Source of the DNA: Abditibacteriaceae bacterium | Lineage (GTDB): Bacteria; Armatimonadota; Abditibacteriia; Abditibacteriales; Abditibacteriaceae | Reading direction: 5' to 3' | Assembly: GCA_031425655.1 (NCBI GenBank) | Contig: JANPJS010000178.1 | Location: 1-11,577 of the forward strand | Length of the DNA stretch: 11,577 nt | In this document: positions 7,106-11,577 of the stretch, piece after piece | Layout of the letters: each line of letters starts with the position of its first letter | Position numbering within the stretch: position 1 is the stretch's first letter | Position numbers and translations under genes: made by a program | Notes under the pieces: model-generated | The model's input: only the letters and a program-made list of their open reading frames with translations | Database searches by the model: none | Told to the model about the DNA's origin: nothing

Positions 7106-7846
7106 TCAAATTCCCAACTCTCGTCGCCGCTGATCGTTGATGCGCGCGGCGACGGTGGTGGCATCAATGGCCGATGCGACGTAAACCATCAGCCACGCGA
7201 ACATCATTAGCCAGAAAAAGAACTGCGTGCCGCTGCTCATCGCGTCAATGGCATCGCCGATGCCGGGCACGAATCGCTGTCCTTTGGCCTCGTTCCACAC
7301 ACGGCGCAGATGCGTCATCAGCGGATACGACCAACAACTCAAAGCCGCCAGCCACAACGCGAAATGGATTCCGGCTTTTTCCCACTCATCGTTGTAAAAC
7401 TGCCCGGCGCCCGGCACTAAAACCGAAAGTCCCAGCGCCAGCGCCGGCTTTTTGTCGAGCAGCTTGTCGCTGATGCCGCCCGACTCCAAAATGTCCTGCT
7501 TGAGCAGCTTGTCGCGCTCCACTTCGGCCAAATCGAGCCGCGCGACGGCCATTTTCTCCTCGAACGGTGCGTAATCGGGATGGCATTTCTGTCCGTGTTC
7601 GAAGACTTGAATCGCCTTTTCCTGCTCGGCGTCTTCGAGGAAAATATCGCCGAGCAATTCCAGCGCGCCGATGTCGGACGGATCAACTTTCAACGCCTGC
7701 GCCAGCGTTTTCTTGGCCTCAGCGCGCTCGCCGCGTCTGAGCGTCATGCGCGCCGTCATCACCAGTTGCCCGGCTTGCTCCGAACGCCGCTCGGCTTCCA
7801 ATTCACTCGCTGCGCTTTCCCGATTTTCGGTCATGCTGTCGTTCAT
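7106..7846 (-). CDS. Tetratricopeptide-repeat protein with C-terminal membrane domain
   Basis: TPR-like helices (AKKTLAQALKVDPSDIGALELLGDIFLE..AIQVFE), then a TM2-like motif LALGLSVLVPGAGQFYN and hydrophobic helices ending ASAIDA. Start could also be 7834. Confidence 0.8.
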   Translation of the reverse strand: MNDSMTENRESAASELEAERRSEQAGQLVMTARMTLRRGERAEAKKTLAQALKVDPSDIGALELLGDIFLEDAEQEKAIQVFEHGQKCHPDYAPFEEKMAVARLDLAEVERDKLLKQDILESGGISDKLLDKKPALALGLSVLVPGAGQFYNDEWEKAGIHFALWLAALSCWSYPLMTHLRRVWNEAKGQRFVPGIGDAIDAMSSGTQFFFWLMMFAWLMVYVASAIDATTVAARINDQRRRELGI

Positions 7847-7849
7847 TTC

Positions 7850-7919
7850 AAAAACAAAAACCCGGCGGGAATGCGCCCCACACCTCGAAGGTGCGACAGG
7901 TCAGCAATTCCACGCCGGG
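7850..7919 (-). terminator. Long imperfect hairpin plus U-tract between rsfS and the TPR gene
   Basis: Minus strand CCCGGCG/CGCCGGG, GGAAT/ATTCC and apical CACCT-TCG-AGGTG, then TTTTTGTTTTT. Confidence 0.6.
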
Positions 7920-7940
7920 CAGAAATCAAGGCCGGATGCC

Positions 7941-8438
7941 TTAGATGTTTTGCCTCGCGGGGCTTTGCTCTATCCTGCTTTCGCTGCCTTCTCCGTCGCT
8001 TTCGTCGCTTTCTTCACCATCGGGCGCCTCGATGAACGAGGCTCTGGCATCGGCCCACAAGCGTTCCAGATCGTAAAATTCGCGCGTTTCGTCGTCGAAA
8101 ACGTGCAAAATCACGTCGCCATAATCGAGAACGATCCACAAACTGGCCGAATCGCCTTCGGCTCTGGCGCGTTGCTGTGCGCCTTCACGCAAACGGTCGC
8201 GCACGCCTTGCGCGATGCTTTGAATATGCGTGGTGCTGGTGCCGCTGCACATCACGAAAAAGTCGGCTAAAGTCGTGACTTCGCGCACATCCAAAACCGC
8301 GATATTATGCGCCTTCATCTCGTCGGCGGCCTCGACAATCAAATCGCGTTTGAGTTCGGGGTCAATCTGCGGCTCAATCGGCTGCGACGGCGCGGCGTCG
8401 GGTATGAACTTTTCGTTGATCAATGTTTCTTCAGTCAT
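7941..8438 (-). CDS. rsfS: Ribosome silencing factor (iojap family)
   Basis: KAHNIAVLDV, ADFFVMCSGTS, EG..WIVLDYGDVILHVF..REFYDLERLWADA; ATGA overlap with nadD, the usual synteny. Confidence 0.96.
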   Translation of the reverse strand: MTEETLINEKFIPDAAPSQPIEPQIDPELKRDLIVEAADEMKAHNIAVLDVREVTTLADFFVMCSGTSTTHIQSIAQGVRDRLREGAQQRARAEGDSASLWIVLDYGDVILHVFDDETREFYDLERLWADARASFIEAPDGEESDESDGEGSESRIEQSPARQNI

Positions 8439-9049
8439 TTGCTAAAAACCGGCTCTAAATACAACCCTCGTGCGCGAACTTCACGTTCCACGGCGTCGGG
8501 CACTAAATAGCGAATCGGCAATCCGTCCTTTACACGTTGGCGAAGCTCGCGGCTGGCAATATCCAACCCGACCGTCTCCACAAAATCCACTCGCGCACGC
8601 TGCGCGTCATTCAACTGCGTATTCGCGGCATTTAAATCGAAATCGGGCCGCGTAAACGCCAAAAAGCGGCACATTTGGAACAACTCCGCGCCGCGAAACC
8701 AAGTCAGCACTTCGCCGATGGAATCGGCGCCTACGATATAACAAAGCTCTGCTTCGGCGCCGAACTGTTTTTGAAACTCGTTCAGCGTATCGAAGGCATA
8801 CGACGGGCCGGGCCGATCAATTTCGATGCGCGAAACTTCAAAGTGCGGGTGAAGTTCGACGGCCAGACGCGTCAGCGCGAATCGCGTTTCCGCATCGGCG
8901 TTGGCCGTTTTGCCCTGCTTGTGCGCCGGTTTGTTATTGGGAAAAAAGACTACCTTTTCCAGCCCGCAGCGCACTCTCGCTTCTTCGGCGATGAACAAGT
9001 GTCCGTGGTGAATCGGGTCGAATGTCCCGCCCATCAAGCCAATTCGCAC
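8435..9049 (-). CDS. nadD: Nicotinate-nucleotide adenylyltransferase
   Basis: GGTFDPIHHGH (HxGH), PAHK, GPSY, IVGADS..W, DIASRELR and IRYLVP; GTG start. Confidence 0.97.
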   Translation of the reverse strand: MRIGLMGGTFDPIHHGHLFIAEEARVRCGLEKVVFFPNNKPAHKQGKTANADAETRFALTRLAVELHPHFEVSRIEIDRPGPSYAFDTLNEFQKQFGAEAELCYIVGADSIGEVLTWFRGAELFQMCRFLAFTRPDFDLNAANTQLNDAQRARVDFVETVGLDIASRELRQRVKDGLPIRYLVPDAVEREVRARGLYLEPVFSK

Positions 9050-9062
9050 ACTTGCATTATAC
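9002..9062. repeat. 61-bp direct repeat, copy 1 (nadD promoter plus first 16 codons)
   Basis: Matches 10358-10418 at 59/61 (mismatches 9019/10375 and 9045/10401). Confidence 0.97.
9050..9061 (-). promoter_or_regulatory. -10 box for a probably leaderless nadD transcript
   Basis: TATAAT (9061-9056), then 6 nt, then the GTG start; no SD sequence. Confidence 0.6.
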
Positions 9063-9120
9063 AGACGCAGCTAATAGCAGTCAATTTAGGAAGAAAAAGA
9101 AAGGAAGCAGTGACTAAAAA

Positions 9121-9573
9121 TCACTTGTCGTCAGTTGGCTTGTCGGAGGTAGAGCTATCCTTCTCTTTGTCCAACATAATCTCATCTATATAGCTTTTTA
9201 CACCAGAGACATTGTATTGGACAGCAGATAGCAAATCTTGCAAAATGGGCACAGTTGGAAAGCGCCAAAGGCTATTCCATGACTCGTCGGCAATTTCAAG
9301 ATAAACATCATCCGTCCACTTAGGTGAGTCAAAGAGTGAAGTTAACCTCACAGTGTTCAATGGCTGCGGTGCGCGTGGATCAAACCAGTAACGCTTTTTG
9401 ACAAGACGCAAATTTCGACCTTTGTCTTTCGTCTGGAATGACATCTCGATATATTCAGGCGGAACCTTTTGGGGAGCAGGACGCACCTCAGACCTCCAAA
9501 CTAACTTGCCCTCCTGCGTCAACCGCAGCAAGTGCTTCACTGTTTCATGAATCCGTTCGTCTCCAGTTGCCAT
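9121..9573 (-). CDS. Hypothetical soluble protein (150 aa), low GC
   Basis: ATG 1 nt after the upstream stop (TAAcATG); globular-looking sequence; 41% GC counted over 9121-9240. Confidence 0.8.
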   Translation of the reverse strand: MATGDERIHETVKHLLRLTQEGKLVWRSEVRPAPQKVPPEYIEMSFQTKDKGRNLRLVKKRYWFDPRAPQPLNTVRLTSLFDSPKWTDDVYLEIADESWNSLWRFPTVPILQDLLSAVQYNVSGVKSYIDEIMLDKEKDSSTSDKPTDDK

Positions 9574-9574
9574 G

Positions 9575-10012
9575 TTATGCCCTTGTTGTCCTTTCCAATT
9601 GAATGTAAGGTAAACGACTTTCGACTTCTCCTATTGCCTTCCACGCATCGTAGAACGGCTCTTTTTCGGTAGCGATCTTTGCCTTTTCTATTGATTCCAA
9701 AGCAACCTTAACAAGGCTGGTGTCATCGGTAGAAAGTTCAACGCCTGACAATGAAACCAAAGCAGCTTTCACTGATGACAAGGCTGGAATGATATTATCT
9801 CGTGAGTCTGGAAAGTTTCCGAGGGCCGTTGCAACCGCAGCATTATGTTTCCTCAAATCTTCCATGACAACTGGGACTGTGGCAGCAAAGTTCCGCATGG
9901 CATCCCACTTCTTAACTCTTTGCAAGGTCATGAACGTGACTACTAAGCCAACAATGGATACGATCAAACCTAAGATTGACGCCCAACTTGAGATAGTCGA
10001 AAGCTTGTCCAT
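9575..10012 (-). CDS. Hypothetical protein with single N-terminal TM anchor and helical soluble domain (145 aa)
   Basis: SD GGAG upstream of ATG at 10012 (preferred to 10096); hydrophobic ASILGLIVSIVGLVVTFM followed by basic QRVKK. Confidence 0.78.
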   Translation of the reverse strand: MDKLSTISSWASILGLIVSIVGLVVTFMTLQRVKKWDAMRNFAATVPVVMEDLRKHNAAVATALGNFPDSRDNIIPALSSVKAALVSLSGVELSTDDTSLVKVALESIEKAKIATEKEPFYDAWKAIGEVESRLPYIQLERTTRA

Positions 10013-10105
10013 TGTATTTTCTCCCGTCCTGATTGCATCAAGTGGGCTAAGCATCGTTCCAATTGGCAAGTAGAGGTGTCCGATTCGTATCAGCATCTCT
10101 GTTCT

Positions 10106-10405
10106 TCACTTCCCGATTTTGCGCCGCGTTTTCTTGACTTTTTCCAGCACCACGTCGTCGGGAGTCGCTTCGGTTTTAACGACTTCTGCTGGCGGAACGG
10201 AAGCGAAAGATAATTTAATCGCTTTGCCTACGTCGTCGAAGAAATGAAATTTCAATGCCTTGTGGACTTCGTTGGGGATGTCGTCCAAGTCGCGGTCGTT
10301 TTCCTGTGTAAGGATGATTTCGGTTAATCCAGAGAGGGGCACGGCCAAGACTTTTTCTCCGTGGTGAATCGGGTTGAATGTCCCGCCCATCAAGCCAATT
10401 TGCAC
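10106..10405 (-). pseudogene. Chimeric ORF: nadD N-terminal 16 codons fused in frame to a Lon protease C-terminal fragment
   Basis: MQIGLMGGTFNPIHHG is the nadD copy; EKVLAVPLSGLTEIILTQENDRDLDDIPNEVHKALKFHFFDDV..AIKLSF resembles the Lon tail EKxLAAHRAGIxxIILPxENxxDLxxIP. Confidence 0.85.
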
Positions 10406-10418
10406 ACTTGCATTATAC
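10358..10418. repeat. 61-bp direct repeat, copy 2 (includes the TATAAT box at 10417-10412 on -)
   Basis: Matches 9002-9062 at 59/61. Confidence 0.97.
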
Positions 10419-10617
10419 CGGCGCCCTGACTAATACGTCAATTCTTTATAGCAGCCATGAGTATTTGAGAGCATTTGAAAGCTGACGACAACGGCGCAGA
10501 CATTGCCTTTGATATAAACAAAAATGAACGTGTTTTATTTTTGTCTCAATTTTGTCCCATTTCGGCACGAAAATCGCATTGTTCTGAAGCAGACCCTTCA
10601 TGGGACAAGGAGAAGCT

Positions 10618-11154
10618 ATGAAAACGAGACAAGTCACAATGTTGGTCGTGGGTGCAACAGGTCTGGCCGCGTTATCGCCACAAGTGGGACGCGCCGACAA
10701 TATTGCAGAAGTGGCGATGAGTGCGCCGGATTTTTCGACTCTGGTGACCGCAATTAAGGCAGCAGGCTTGGCCCCGGCCTTGATGGGCAAAGGGTCACTC
10801 ACTGTTTTCGCACCGACTAATGAGGCATTTGCAAAGTTGCCTGCCGGAACGGTGGAAAATCTACTGAAGCCGGAAAACAAGGCTACGCTGGTGAGCATTT
10901 TGAAGTATCACGTCTTGCCCATGCGCGTGTCGGCTAAGAAGGTCATGGCCATGAAAAGCGGTTCCAATGCAAAAACGCTGAATGGGGAAATGGTTGCTGT
11001 GCGGATGATGCATGGTGTTTACCTTGACCCCTTTATGTCAGGCAAAGCGAAAGTCGTGAAAACCGACATTGCGGCCAGCAATGGTGTAATTCACGCCATT
11101 GATACCGTCCTCATTCCACCGACAGTGGCTCAGGCCATGATGAAAAAGCCTTGA
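10618..11154 (+). CDS. Secreted fasciclin (FAS1) domain protein
   Basis: Signal peptide; FSTLVTAIKAAGL, LTVFAPTNEAFAKLP, ILKYHV and DIAASNGVIHAIDTVLIP; SD AGGAG at 10608-10612 favours ATG at 10618. Confidence 0.95.
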   Translation: MKTRQVTMLVVGATGLAALSPQVGRADNIAEVAMSAPDFSTLVTAIKAAGLAPALMGKGSLTVFAPTNEAFAKLPAGTVENLLKPENKATLVSILKYHVLPMRVSAKKVMAMKSGSNAKTLNGEMVAVRMMHGVYLDPFMSGKAKVVKTDIAASNGVIHAIDTVLIPPTVAQAMMKKP

Positions 11155-11196
11155 AAACATCCGGTTGGTGCCAATGAAGCGTATTTCGCCAGCCTC

Positions 11197-11241
11197 AAAA
11201 GAAAACAGCGGCGCCCAGATTGGGCGCCGCTGTTTTCTTTT
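11197..11241. terminator. Bidirectional intrinsic terminator
   Basis: Perfect 21-bp IR 11197-11217/11221-11241 with a 3-nt loop and A/T tails, between convergent genes. Confidence 0.93.
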
Positions 11242-11524
11242 AATTTCTGATGGCCTTATGTTCCTGTTTGGTTAGCTGAAGTCGCGCCTGATTCCTTTCT
11301 AATGCAGAACATCTCCACCGAAGCAATTGAACTAAACCATGGAAAACCCAAATGCCGCTAAAAGAAAATAGAATGGCCGGAGGCGCATTAATGGGAAGAA
11401 AAGGAATCGGCACAGTCGAAATAAAGATAAATAGAACAACACCGAAGAGGCACCAGCAAAATCCTCGCTTCGCTGTGCGGATTTCACTTTCTGTTCGCTT
11501 CAAAATTTCTACCGAGGTTTCCAT
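11240..11524 (-). CDS. Small two-TM membrane protein, unknown function
   Basis: Two hydrophobic segments; SD GGAG before the ATG; TATAAT at 11566-11561; ends in the terminator. Confidence 0.7.
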   Translation of the reverse strand: METSVEILKRTESEIRTAKRGFCWCLFGVVLFIFISTVPIPFLPINAPPAILFSFSGIWVFHGLVQLLRWRCSALERNQARLQLTKQEHKAIRN

Positions 11525-11577
11525 TTCTTACTCCGCATTAAGAGGCATTAAACAATTTGCATTATAGGGCATTTTAG

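Noticed and set aside
6202..9193. Plus-strand ORFs over HNH, TPR, rsfS and nadD
   Set aside because: Antisense to confidently identified genes, with no recognisable motifs.
10013..10096. N-terminal extension MLIRIGHLYLP as a further nadD remnant
   Set aside because: Only 7 nt (CGGACAC) are shared with nadD, consistent with chance; the SD supports the ATG at 10012.
10446..10898. 150-aa minus-strand ORF and 10524..10757 ORF
   Set aside because: Shadows of the fasciclin gene extending into the AT-rich promoter region.
11158..11183. CATCC-N17-CGTA, ECF sigma (SigK-like) promoter
   Set aside because: It lies downstream of the fasciclin gene and points directly into the terminator; the motif is short enough to arise by chance.

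Overview
GC-rich bacterial chromosomal window; the lineage cannot be fixed from sequence alone. Left half (+ strand): a membrane glycosylation cluster of a GT2 polyprenol-phosphate glycosyltransferase, a DUF2298/Chlor_Arch_YYY GT-C-type membrane protein and a TIGR03663/Agl23-like membrane protein. Each intergenic gap there holds a different palindromic repeat, one of them nested three layers deep. Right half (- strand): nadD-rsfS, a TPR/membrane protein, and an HNH nuclease preceded by a ~160 nt densely hairpinned leader. Upstream of nadD is a 1.36 kb insertion bounded by a 61-bp direct repeat of the nadD promoter and 5' end. It creates a nadD'-'lon chimeric ORF and carries two coupled low-GC genes of unknown function. 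The window ends with a secreted fasciclin gene, a bidirectional terminator and a small membrane protein, and it starts inside a perfect 15-bp tandem repeat. Best leads: the HNH protein (possible IshB-like PLMP+HNH architecture) with its structured leader, and the two-gene cargo captured at nadD. All family calls are by motif recognition; no database search was run.
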